Source of the DNA: Oopsacas minuta | Taxonomy: Eukaryota > Animalia > Porifera | Length of the DNA stretch: 64,000 bases | Assembly (NCBI GenBank): GCA_024704765.1 | Contig: JAKMXF010000277.1 | Span: forward strand, 372,001 to 436,000 | Reading direction: 5' to 3' | In this document: positions 11,801 through 24,281 of the stretch, in pieces | How positions within the stretch are numbered: the first letter of the stretch is position 1 | Layout: every line of letters begins with the position of its first letter | The notes under the pieces: model-generated | What the model was told of the DNA's origin: nothing | The model's database searches: none | Seen by the model: only the letters and a program-made list of their open reading frames with translations | Translations under genes and position numbers: made by a program

Positions 11801-13080
11801 GTAATGTGTCATACTGCGATGGAAGCATATGGAGTTGCTACAATGAGGACTCTACCAGATTGTCATCCTGTGTATAAACTACTCAGACCTGCATTCCGTT
11901 ACACAATCTCTATAAATGTTGTGGGTAGGAAAACGCTCGCCAATCCTGGTGGAATAATGGACAAATTGTTCTCAATTGGTGGTGAAGATGACAGATCTGG
12001 GAAAAACGAGCTGATTGTTAGAACTAACGAGAAATATAATGTACACTGGAGTAACATTAAGCGTAATTTGAGAGAGAGACGTGTTGATAACTCTGATAAA
12101 CTACCAAACTATTACTACAGAGATGATGGAGTTAGAATCTGGGATGCAATGGAATGTTTTGTTAGATCTATGCTAGGCCTGTTCTACACAGATGATACAG
12201 AAGTTGAGAATGATAGCGAGCTTAGAGATTGGACTAATGAGATACATAGTTATGCATTTCCAGCATTCCATGGCGCAATACAGGGTCGTGGGTTCCCTCA
12301 ACAAATTCTGACAAAAAATGAATTGGTAGAATATTGTACACTCATAATGTTCACTGGTTCAGTACAACATTCTGCTGTCAACTTCGGTCAGTTGCAGATG
12401 TATGGATTCGTACTAAATTCTCCAACGACTATCAGAGTACCACTTCCTACACAGAAGGGATCATTCATGAAAAATGACATCTTGAGAGCTCTACCGACAA
12501 TGACTACTGTAGTATTGGCTGCAATAACTGTGAATACACTTTCATATCACAGTATTGATGAGGTAAATAATGATAATCATTCTGTAGTAAAATGTAGTTT
12601 ACATGAACATGGATACAAGAAAACTATTGTTGTATGTAGCTAAAATTTAGTTTTGAAATGTCCAAAGTGTGAATTTCAAGTCTCCCATCCGGTAAATACT
12701 TTCAAGTTTTTCATTCAAATTGAGGCATGTCTATATTTGTGTAGACCAGTGCCTAATGAATACAATACAAAGTAGGCTGCTCCTTATTGTACTGTCGATC
12801 ACTAGAGGTTTGTATGTATAATTGTCGCTTTCATTTGTTTTTTATGAATTTATCTATTCTCATATTTATAATATTCGTTTACTTATTTTCTTGTGTAAAA
12901 ATATATCTCGGAGGTTATCCAACGATGTGGTTTACAGGGGACAAAGAGAGAGCTTGTGTAACAGATTACCAAGAAGCTCTAGCTGTTATCAATGCTGATA
13001 TAATTGAGAGGAACAAGAAACTAGAAATACCGTACAAATATATCATGCCACAGCGTTGTCCTAACAGCATTACCATCTAA
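8838..13080 (+). CDS. PLAT-domain animal-type lipoxygenase, multi-exon, possibly disrupted; first exon not resolved
   Basis: Exons about 8838-9137 (PLAT), 10075-10332, 10610-10919, 11129-11365, 11777-12562, ~12901-13080. Motifs: W..D.EFGRQLLNG.N, WLMAK, HFVMCH iron ligands, QHSAVNFGQ, C-terminal PNSITI. The 10610-10919 exon is out of phase and the last exon lacks an in-phase AG. Confidence 0.88.
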
Positions 13081-13879
13081 TGATGTGAATTACTATTTCT
13101 TGTGTGTGCTCTTTCTATTAGTATTAGAATCAGTTGTCTGTCTCTAGAATGTAATTCCTTGTATTCGAAATTCCTTGAATAATTTGTAATTCAATCTATG
13201 ATTTGTATTTAAAATCATAATTTACTGACATCCAAATGTTATCACAAAGTTCAAATTTGCAGTAAATTTCGATGGAAGTATATTTGAGGTGTTAAGTGAT
13301 AAGAAATTCGTAATTTGTTATAAATCTGAGATTGTTGTACAATTGATTATTACATAATCAGGATATTCCTGCGTTAACGTTACCGCTTTTCTTAAATCTG
13401 TTACAGAATTATGCAAAAAAAGTACCAAAAAGTATCGTAAAGAATTGAGCTGTAAATATCCAAATTATGTCTAGAAAACATCAAGCCAGATCAAGCTATA
13501 GTCCTAGACGTAGCCAGGGCTGAAAATCTAAACAGGAAACATATATTTTAACTACACAGCAGAAGACAACTGGCTACTTTTGGACACCTAAATTTGACTT
13601 CACCATAATACTAAAGTATATCCTGGGTGGTATGGGGTAAGCTTTGACCACCCAGGCTCAGACTCATGAGGCAATGACGGTGTAAAATTTCCAGGGGGCA
13701 GGACGAGGAACGAGGTGTTTCCATGGGTTTAGAAGGGATGTCCAGTGTCGGATCTCTCAATTCTAATTGGATATAATCATACAGCTGTAACTAGAGGTTT
13801 GGGTGAGCTGTAAGATTTCCAGTGGAGTCGGGGCCTAGCCCCTGGACAACAAGCTAAAACTGCTACCACGTAATTATCT

Positions 13880-14195
13880 TTCTACTATCAAGTAGGTTCG
13901 AATCTTGAAAAAATTTCTCATAACTGCGAAATACACATTTGGTTTGGAATATTTCCGATTGACTTTGTGCTTTGCGTATATGAGTTAGATGGATGCATAT
14001 GCTCAGGGTAATACTCGAAAATAATACTTAGGTCCGTAGATCAATACGTACAAGAGATATTCCTATTATTAGGCGAGATTAAATAATATTGAGGGTAGAT
14101 GCGAGCCGAAATTACAGTTATCAATTTGAGTCAAGGAGGCATACCAGGGCACGAGTTTACCAGGGGGGCATTGCGACCCCATGGCGATGTCCCTG
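13880..14195 (+). repeat. Dispersed non-autonomous element (~320 bp)
   Basis: Aligns by eye to 57765-58117 (direct) and to 51800-51990 plus 52270-52345 (reverse); ends ggcga(t/c)gtcc(c)tg. Confidence 0.7.
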
Positions 14196-15238
14196 ATTGT
14201 AATGGATTCCTTATATCAGGAAAACCTAGGAAGCTAGGAAATTCTAATTAGCAATTAATAAGATGATAAATAACTCAGGCCTTATCTCTATAGTTAACTA
14301 TTTCATTCGAGTTCATCACTCGCACTTTACTCCTTTCTCTCACTAACCTAAATTATTACCGGCTCTCGGACACATTGCTTTGGGCCCCCAACTGACCCCG
14401 AGCCCTGGTAATTTGGTGCCAGACTCCCCTCTCTTGTGGGTCCTGCGTATATTGTATAATGGTAGTAAATTTTAACACCCAGTACTCAAGTTTAAATCTC
14501 ACTTTGACAGGAGTGTCTTGAAATTTATAGATGAAAATTGGAATAAGTGTGCCGCAGTTCGAAAAGGTCGAGAAATACTGCAGTATACTATCGTATAGCC
14601 CTCACAGGAAAATATCAGAGAAATTTACTACACACACTTGTGTATAGTACGTTTTCTCGTGGATGCGTTCCAACTAAGAGTTGCCTGTTGCAGCGGCGCC
14701 AAAAGAGGATGGCTAGGGTGGGTTTTACCCATTCTGATTGTTCATTGCGGAGATAAATGTTGGTTGTCACTTGTCAAGTACCCTATTTGTGTTTTCTAAA
14801 TATAAGTGTTATAATTTAATTAGTATTATCTATTGAGGTCATGTGGCAACTGTTATCGAATATAACTAGAGCACTTACATTGGTTTCTTTGAGCATTCAT
14901 ATTTATACTTGTAGATAATTATTCATAGTTGTAATAAGTTTTGTCTCAGGTTCGAAATTCTATTAGAAATTTAATTGAGCAGAGGGAATCAACTTTCGCA
15001 ATTCCAGAAATATAGAAAACTTCTTGCATATTAAGACATGTTAGTATCATTTATATTATAGATTAGATTTGTTAGTAAACACAATAAATTGTATCCAAAA
15101 TTCGCTAAATATTTGAGGTTTACATGTGTTTAACCCACCCTGGCCAAATTGAGTTCTGGCGCCTATGGCCTGTTGTATAGTCAGTAAAGTAAGTAAATGC
15201 AAGATATATTATAAATCTAAAAATTGCTACAAACTTAC

Positions 15239-15519
15239 TGAAAGAATCCTGATCAGTCACGTCATACACTATATTAACTCCTTGTACTCCTCTAAAGACT
15301 AAATGTAGAGTAGTCCTGAACCTGCCATATAAAGATGTATCAAATATCTGTATCTTAATAACTTAACTCACTTAACTCTGTGCATTCTAATGTCCGCTAC
15401 AATAATCATTCGATAGTTGTCATCATATAGTTCTTCAAAACAGTGAAGGAGACTTAATTTTCCAACACATGGTCCCCGATTATGTTAAGTCTGATTTCGT
15501 AGTCATATTCTGCATTCAA
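15239..15519 (-). pseudogene. Degenerate exon 1 of type-B Rab1-like gene, no adjacent exon 2
   Basis: Homologous to 28784-29069 with the same ttca|GTAAGT donor; start reads TTG, P-loop is frameshifted, internal stops. Confidence 0.8.
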
Positions 15520-16273
15520 TTTGACTTAACCTAATCATAAGAGCTAATTCCAAATACCGCATTTGAATCGCTCGGTATGAATTGTAATTAAATAATACGC
15601 GCACCAATGTTCCTAAATTGCATTCTAGGGCAATGAACTATCACGGCACAACTGGTCCGGCTATATGGAAGGTCTCTTACCGGAAGTGCATTTATTTATT
15701 AGGCTTAAAATTTATTTATAGACACAAATAACTCAGTGGTAGTTTAGTGGGCGCCAATTCTGATCCTGAAAGATCGTTCTGCAATGGCTAATTCAGTTAT
15801 AGTACCTACGCCAACTGGCCCGGTATAACAGCCGAGATTATACCCCGTATGAAGTGGGCAAGCTCAGAACATAACCTCAGAGCGGTATGACCTGGGTTAT
15901 TCCAGAATGTACCCGAATATATTTTAGGGTTGCTACAGCGGGCCGCACCAGTTATGGTAAGTGCGGAAGAGTAAAAGCATGAGAGAATCCGAAATACTTA
16001 TAGATGAATGAAATTTTCAAAGAAATAAAATTCTACATAATTTCTGATTTCACAAACTAATAAATACAAAATTAACCATAAAAATGAGAAAATACTCACA
16101 CAAACTGTAATTTAATGACATACCTATATGTAATTATTTCTCTAATTCTTCCCAAATTAATCCCATATAATAATTCTCACAAAATAGCACATGGTATAAT
16201 CCAGTGCATATATAGAAATAGCACAATAATATACACAGAATTACTTTCTACAGTTCACATTGAGATTTCAACA

Positions 16274-17075
16274 ATGAAAGGTATTGCTAGGAATATCGTT
16301 GTGTGTGTTCGTCTGTTTGTTGTCTATTTGATAGTAGTTGAGGCAGTTTGTTGGATAAACTGTCCTACTGAATCACGTGATTTATTAGTGCCCTTCTGCT
16401 ACCTGAATGATGATGGAGGTTCCAGAACATGTAGGATAGAAGTGCATACATCTGATTTAAATGGACTGACTATCCAGAGATGGCATATAGTCAAACTCTT
16501 TATACATGTAACAGATCGAATCATTACTGTTAACATCTTTATCACACTTGTCAGATTATCAGTTGGAAATTTATGCTTTGCGTCAATTAAATCAAATAAC
16601 AAGTTATATATTATACTCTAACAATCACATAGTATCGACATCACTACTTGCCTTATTTCCTAATCTTGAAACATTTCAAATGATTAATGGAAACTTCCAT
16701 CATTTCCCTACATTCTTTCTTTACAATTTTGGGGAACAAGGTTTGCTCTGTTGATAACATTAATAGTGTTTGAATGTAATATTAATCTCTTCAATTGAGT
16801 ATAATCAGATAAAATATCACACTGGTAAATGAATTAATACTATTGTAACCGAAATCAAGAAAAGATAACTGGTACAGCAATGGAGTTTGAAATACAAATT
16901 CTATGTCAGAAAAGTCTGCCTCCTGAATACTTAATGCCTTCAGCCTAACAGGTGGAGATAGTGTCTTGAGTATATTGCTAAATTGCAAATTATTAGTATC
17001 CAAACTAGTCAGGGCAGTGAGACCTGAGAATATAATATTAAAGGTTGCTAGTTCGCTCACAAAGCACCCCTGCAC
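16274..17075 (+). pseudogene. Type II LRR remnant: 5' part (+, 16274-16730) and inverted internal LRR piece (-, 16735-17075)
   Basis: ORFs 16115-16621 and 16548-16754 (frameshift between them) and 16791-17075 on the opposite strand. Confidence 0.85.
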
Positions 17076-17755
17076 AATCTGTGTTTCGTAACTAATACTC
17101 TGTACTGGTTTTACAAGATTCCATACGTTATTGAGGAAACATATTCATTGTAGTTAGCTTGAAATGTTCAGTCCCAACCTGATTCGGACGGACAAGACTC
17201 CCATTGTGCACAGATTATATGTTAGTATGTAATGTAATTTATCTTTAGCGTAAGACTAGGAGCGCAGCGAGGCAGGAAAATTGTTGAGTGTAAAAATTAG
17301 GGGCTCTGTACATGGATAAGACACAATTAGGTTAGCAATATCTGCTTGGTTGGCAGTTATGCCCAATGAATACAGATTCTGTGATTATACTCTTAAGTAA
17401 CATTTCTGCGGACTTTAGTTCAGAAGTGCCCAGGTCAATTATAAATCAAAGTATTATTGAGTATATTATATGCAAATATTTGACGAAAAGAGAAAATGCA
17501 ACATATTTTTGATGAATAACTATCATTTTGAATAACAATAAACAAATATATACTTAATTGACCACAAATAACGAACAAATAATCTTGAAATACCTTGCAA
17601 GGAAACTATTCATCCAATCTCGATCAGCACATCGTGCATCATACTTATAGTAATTCAAGTCTATCAATACTCAATGGTTTGCACCAAAACTGATTAGTTC
17701 TAAAACTAACAATAAAATAGTAACAATAAGTATGATTAAGGGGAAGAAGTATTAG

Positions 17756-19362
17756 TTATCTAGGAGGAAGACTAGCAGGAGTTTTATCTGCTTCTGTTAC
17801 AGGTTGTGCTGGAGATGTTTGTATTGGACATGTTTGTACTGGACAAGTTTGTACTGGACAAGTTTGTATTGGACACGTTTGTACTGGACAAGTTGGTGCA
17901 TGGGTAGTAACGACATTGGTTGATGGATTGCAGTTCGAATGACCATTAGTATCCAATACATAGTCTCCACATAACGGTTTTGTTGTTTGTATGAGTTTCT
18001 CATAGTCAATACAACTATTAAGTGAGGTGGAGAAAACTACTCCTTTTCCTTCACACACACACACTCATAGCTATGTAGTGTATCCTGACAGTAAGAACCT
18101 CTTGGACATTTAACTGATTTGTTGAAACACTGATAAGATTGCTCTCTAGTACAGGTTGTGTAGAGAGATGGTAACAATACTGATTTACCTTTATGTTCTG
18201 GTGGAGTATTGCAGGATGGATTTTGGAAATATATATCGTATTTCTGACTTACAATTGACATCCATTCTAACCTACAGTCACAATGAAATGGGTTGTTGGA
18301 TAAATATATTGTTTCAATGTTAGACAGATGCTCGAATACTTTGCTAGAAATAGTTGTGATTGGATTTTGATATAAATCCACTAATAGAAGTTGAGTCATA
18401 TCTCTGAATGTGTCTTCAGGAACTGTTGTTATTCGATTGTAAGCAATCTCTAGATTCTCCACATTGCCCAATTTAGTAAAGTTTGTTCTGTGTATAATAG
18501 TAATGGAGTTTGAAGACAATCCTAGACTCTCTAATTGAGTATAATCAGAGAATATTTCACTGTTAAATGAGTGAATATTATTATTCCAGAAATTAATACT
18601 GGTTAACTGGTATAGCGAGGGAGTTTGCTTTAGAAAATCTATTTCAGATAAACCTGCGTAAAGAATACTCAATTTTTTCAGCCTAACGAGTGGGGATAGT
18701 GTTCTTATTGGATTTCTTAGTTGCAAATTGATAGTATACAATCTAGTAAGAGCAGTGAGACCTGAGAATATATTTTCAGTTACCACTAACCTATACATAG
18801 AAACGAGGTAGAGAGTTTCTAGATTAGGTAATTCACTCACAAAGCTGCTTTCAATTACTTTGACATTTGATCGAACCCCAAAAGATAATAGAGCGAGAAG
18901 AGTTAGTTGTTTGTTGAAAAGTGAAAATATAGGAAAATGATTGAAGTTTCCATTGTACATATCAAAGTGTACAAGATTAGGAAGCGAGGTAAGTAAAGAT
19001 AGTGATACTATGTGATTATTAGAAAAGGATTTGAAAGTTGATATATTATTGAATTGACGATAAGCATTTATTTCTAACTGATAATATAACAAGTGTGAAT
19101 GGATCTGAATAGTATTGATACGATCTGTTACATTTATAACGAGCTTGATTCGATTCCAATTATTAGTCAGTCCATGTAACTCAGATGTATACACTTCAAT
19201 CCGACAATCCGTAGCATCCCCATCATCATTCAGGTAACAGAAGGGCTCTAATGAACCAATTGACTCATTTGGACAATTTATCCAGCAGACAGCCTCAACT
19301 ACTATCAAATACACAACAAACAATCCAACACATACTAAGATACTACTAGCTATACTCTTCAT
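17756..19362 (-). CDS. Type I secreted LRR-LRRCT-EGF protein, copy B; +2 slip in the (GT)n run truncates the EGF and tail
   Basis: 441-aa ORF 18037-19362; homologous frame resumes in 17756-18064. GT run is 13 nt (18052-18064) versus 11 nt in copies A and D. Confidence 0.9.
17817..17891 (-). repeat. 15-bp coding tandem repeat x5 encoding CP(V/I)QT
   Basis: gtttgta(c/t)tggaca(a/t/c) units read directly; one degenerate unit at 17802-17816. Confidence 0.9.
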
Positions 19363-19965
19363 TGTTGATATCTTGCTTTAGATCAAATACTCAATATATA
19401 CTAGCTATAGTGATATCCCTATTTATAAGGTATTTCTCCATATACTTTGGAGATATTTAGACACTAATTGTGGTAGTATTATGTAATATGAGAATAGATT
19501 GAGTGAAGAATCGTTTACATATATTGTATGTGAATTTATCTCTTCAATATTACAGGCAAAACATAGACAATTCAGTGGAATATGCATTACAGGTAAATAC
19601 CCAATGCTCATAATTTATCAGCTGTGATTGTATCTCGAGGCGCGAAGTGCATGTATATCCCGTAGCGTAGAGAGCTGTTTCTACTTAAGTGGGCCATAGA
19701 TCACAATTGGTGATCCATATAACTCATCTGAGAATTATGAACCATCGAGCGACCCCAGAGATGCCCACTCTCGCGGCCTACCCACGTGAGTCTCACGCGT
19801 CAAATTTTTGTATCCAAATAAGACTGTAATTATCCGAGTTATACTGTATTCAGTATAAGGTAGAGAGATAATACATTTAATATATACACAATTACATATA
19901 AACATTTAGGAATACTTATCTAGTAAACTACATCATTAATACCCAGTATATTCAGATTATTTAAG

Positions 19966-21565
19966 TTAACAACAACGACAACAATTAGTGCTTCTTGTAC
20001 CATGAAAGGATCTTGGATTTAAGAGAATCAGTTTATCATGGGTAATATCACCAGTATTGTACCTCTCCTCGTTTTCAAATAAATTCCTTTTAATATCACA
20101 AACAATGGTCAAAAAGGCTTGCTCTACATTAATAGCACACTTTGCACTTGTCTCTATGAAGTTAATCTTCATTTCATCAGCAAACTCTTTAGCTGTAGAG
20201 TAGTCTACTATCTTCTGACTTGTCATATCACATTTATTGCCTACCAACAACTTACATGCATTTGGAATGCAGTAAGTTTCAATTTCCTGTAGCCATCGCT
20301 TAATATTACCTAGAAATTTGAAAAATACTCAATTGAAAATACATTAAACAATAAATTCAAGGATAATACATTCATTATTCAAACTTTTCCAAACTATTGG
20401 AGACTGAAAAGTATATTATTCAATCACAACTAACAAACTTAATGGTATATAAGATTTTCCAAAAAGGAAGCCTTTGGCCAGTGCTGCCAAGTGAATTCAG
20501 AAAATCATTGAGATTGACAAAAAAATTTACGCAGAAACCAAATTCTTTACGGAGCATTTATAATTCCTTATTGAGCCTAACAGGTCTTAATTTACTTTTA
20601 CAAATGCCATTAGCTAACAACTTTTATTATTAATCATTAATATATGTAGATATATGCACGCTTTCGCGTTTGTAAACAATAAATTTTAATCACTATCAGC
20701 ATGCAACAAACTATCAAACTACTATTGTATATGGTCGTACATACTTTGAGAAAATAACTCACACATTTTCGAGGTAGGTACAAACGTTGAGGAATTTTGA
20801 ATATTGACCTTTATCGTTAGCAAAAGTATTACACGTACAGGTAATTCGATAGAAATATATAGAAATAAGTCTTCATACGTAGATACGTAGATAACAGTCA
20901 AATTTACATAGTCTACGTAAATTACGGAGATTTGCAGCACTTCCTTTGCCTGACACGAAGTGTTAGAAAGCGCGCACCGCAAGCAAGCGAAGTGGCTTGT
21001 TATTCTAGAATAGGAAATTTCCTATCGCCGATAAATCGATAAATTAGTGTCAACAAGTGTCAAATCTAACTTGAATTTTTCCAAATATTACAAGATCTGT
21101 TCCCAAACATCTTAGTAACGGAGGAATGTATGAACTTTCATTATATCAACATTTACCATATTCCTAGACAAAATGGACAAATCGAAGACTCATTCTGCTT
21201 AGTTAATGATAACAGGCTATGATTCATATTGTAGTAACATAGAGCACATTATTGTTTGCCACAAACTTACTGAAAGTATCTTGATCAGTGACGTCATACA
21301 CCATCATGATACCATGCGCACCTCTGAAAGATCTTTTCAATACACCCAGAGAATTCCCGAACCTCAAAGAAATGAATGTATCCCATATCTGTAGCTTGAT
21401 AGTTTTACCATCTACATTAACAGTGTGGAATCTAAAGTCCACAGGACACAGTCTAAAGTACTCAGTGTATGAATCTTCCACAAACCTTAAAAGGAGATTG
21501 GACTTTCCGACTCTTGAATCACCGACTATGAGAAGTTTGAATAGGTAGTCACAGTCTACACTCAT
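19966..21565 (-). CDS. Divergent Rab1-like GTPase, type A, copy 1 (212 aa; exons 21271-21565 and 19966-20309)
   Basis: Phase-1 GT-AG intron, open frame. G1 GDSRVGKS, G3 WDTFIS, G4 NKCD, G5 ETSAK, C-terminal CCRCC; Rab1-like YLFKLL and RGAHGI motifs. Confidence 0.9.
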
Positions 21566-22227
21566 ATTGACCTGAACAAAAAATGGCTTCGCTATAATCC
21601 ATGATGGTTTATTAGACGCAAAATACAACAATAATTTCGGGAATCAGGGCTGGATTTGGTTATGCTAGGCCTGGGTGCAGGGTTGTTTAATTTAAATCAA
21701 AATCCGAGTTTTATCAAAATATCTTATTAAAATTCAATATTTTGATGTTTTTATTATTTTCTCAAGCTGATTATGTCCATTCTGATATTATTATGTATAC
21801 CTATCGAAAATCTATTCATTTGTACAGTCAGGATCGCTTATTGTGACCCCTTCATAATGACTTGGCTTAATACAAATCTTATGTAAGCCGAAGAATTGGG
21901 AATTGAGGGGGTTGTTCATATTAAGCCGGATGGTTCAGTCAGCTACCATACAAAATCCGATTAAAATCAAAAAATCCGATTTTTTTGATTTTGTTAAAAA
22001 AATCATGATTTTTATCAACCCTGCCTGGGTGTATAGATTGATGAAACTATCAAAAAAGTATTCTACATTATTTAGGAAGTCACATACTCAGATAACAAAA
22101 TTAAATACTAAATTGATATACATAATCATATGAAAACTCCTGAAATTTGATATATACAGATAAGTATTAAAGAATACATATCAAGTAAGAGCATCATGAA
22201 TAGCACAAAATATTCAGATTATATACG

Positions 22228-22574
22228 TTAACAACAATGACAAAAACTGATGTGTATCCTGCCGCTAACGGAAGAGCCTGGATTTAAGAGAATCCGTTTT
22301 TCATGCGTAATATCACCAGTATTGCTATTCTCCTCGTTTTCAAATAAATTCCTTTTAATATCACAAACAATGGTCAAAAAGGCTTGCTCTACATTAATAG
22401 CACACTTTGCACTTGTCTCTATGAAGTTAATCTTCATTTCATCAGCAAACTCTTTAGCTGTAGAGTAGTCTACTATCTTCTGACTTGTCATATCACATTT
22501 ATTGCCTGCCAACAACTTGCATGCATTTGGAATGCAGTAAGTTTCAATTTCCTGTAGCCATTGCTTAACATTAC
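22228..22574 (-). other. Intact orphan Rab exon 2 (tail ...HISFCHCC) with no adjacent exon 1
   Basis: AG acceptor at 22575-22576, open frame to the stop; upstream intron replaced by the hairpin repeat and LRR remnant. Confidence 0.8.
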
Positions 22575-22589
22575 CTAGAAATTTGATTT

Positions 22590-22755
22590 CTGGCTGCCAA
22601 AAAACTGGTCCCGCACCATTTTTGCAGGCAAATCTGGTCGGGACAGATCACTTTTAGTTGCTAAAACAAGTATCTGATTATTTTTAGCCAGCTAAAACTG
22701 GTCACCGCCACTTTTTGGGAACCAAAACCTGTCCAGGTAAAATTTTGGGCTATCT
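22590..22755. repeat. Hairpin minisatellite, second copy
   Basis: Near-identical to 1597-1757. Confidence 0.65.
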
Positions 22756-22939
22756 AGAAATTATAACTATGTGTTAATTATGCACCATTTAATCTGTTCA
22801 ATTAAATAAAATTTCTATCGAATTTCTATATCTCTATAAGACATAGTCTCCTGAAGGAACAAGAAAACGATTCAAGGAAATACCATTAATCATGCTTTCA
22901 AAAGAATCCTGATAGTATATCCATAGAAAAAGTATAAGA

Positions 22940-23606
22940 TGAATGTATTAAGAATTCAGAAGGCAGAATTATCTGACATAGAATTTGTATTTCAAACTTC
23001 ATGGCTGGATAAGTTGTTTTTCTTGATTTCAGTTACAATAGTATTAATTCATTTCCCAGTGTGATATTTTCTCTGTTTATACTCAATTGAAGAGATTAAT
23101 ATTACATTCAAACCCCATTAATGTTATCAACAGAACAAACTTTGTAGACCAAAATTGTAAAGAAAGAATGTAGGGAAATGATTGAAGTTCCATTAATCAT
23201 TTGAAATGTTTCAAGATTAGGAAGCAAGGCAAGTAGTGATGTCGATACTATGTGATTGTTAGAGTATAATATATAACTTGTTATTTGATTTAATTGACGA
23301 AAAGCATAAATTTCCAACTGATAATCTGACAGGTGTGATAAAGATGTTAACAGTAATGATTCGATCTGTTACATGTATAAAGAGTTTGAATATATACCAT
23401 CTCTGGATAGTCAGTCCATGTAAATCAGATGTATGCACTTCTATCCTACATGTTCTAGAACCTCCATCATCATTCAGGTAGCAGAAGGGCACTAATAAAT
23501 CACGTGATTCAGTAGGACAGTTTATCCAACAAACTGCCTCAACTACTATCAAATAGACAACAAACAGACGAACACACACAACGATATTCCTAGCAATACC
23601 TTTCAT
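22940..23606 (-). pseudogene. Type II LRR remnant, third copy, two frameshifts, same inversion junction
   Basis: ORFs 23259-23606 and 23108-23317 plus the inverted piece 22940-23150. Confidence 0.85.
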
Positions 23607-24281
23607 TGTTGAAATCTCGATGTAAACTATAGAAAGTAATTCTGTGTATATTATTGTGCTATTTCTATATATGCACTGGATTATACCATGTGCTATTTTG
23701 TGAGAATTATTATATGGGATTAATTTGGGAAGAATTAGAGAAATAATTACATATAGGTATGTCGTTAAATGTATTATCTCTCTACCTTATACAAAATACA
23801 GTATAACTCGGATAGTTACAGTCTTATATAGATACAAAAAACTGATCCATGAGACTCAAGTGAGTAGGCCGTGAGATTGGGCATCTCTGGTGTCACTCGA
23901 TGGTTCATAATTCTCAGATGAGTTATATGGATCACCAATTGTGATCTATGGTCCACTAAAGTAGAAACAGCTCACTACCCTACGGGATATACATGCACTT
24001 CGCGCCTCGTAATTCACAGTAGTACTTTATCTATGAGTATTGGGCATTTAACAGTAATGCGTATTTCACTGAAGTATCTATGTTTTGTCTGTAATATTGA
24101 AGAGATAAATTCACATACAATATATGTAAATGATTCTTCACTCAATTTATTCTCATATTACATAATACTACCACAATTAGTGTCTATATATCGCTAATGT
24201 ATATCGAGAAATACATTACAAATAGGGATATCACTATAGCTAATATATATTGACTATTTGAATTAAAGCAAGATATCAACA

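Noticed and set aside
20722-20982. Duplicated 86/89-aa ORF in the Rab type A intron (also 30966-31235)
   Set aside because: Non-ATG start, frame differs between the copies, no domain.
21288-21548. Plus-strand ORFs over Rab exons (also 31542-31802 and 22250-22468)
   Set aside because: Antisense shadows, conserved only because the segment is duplicated.
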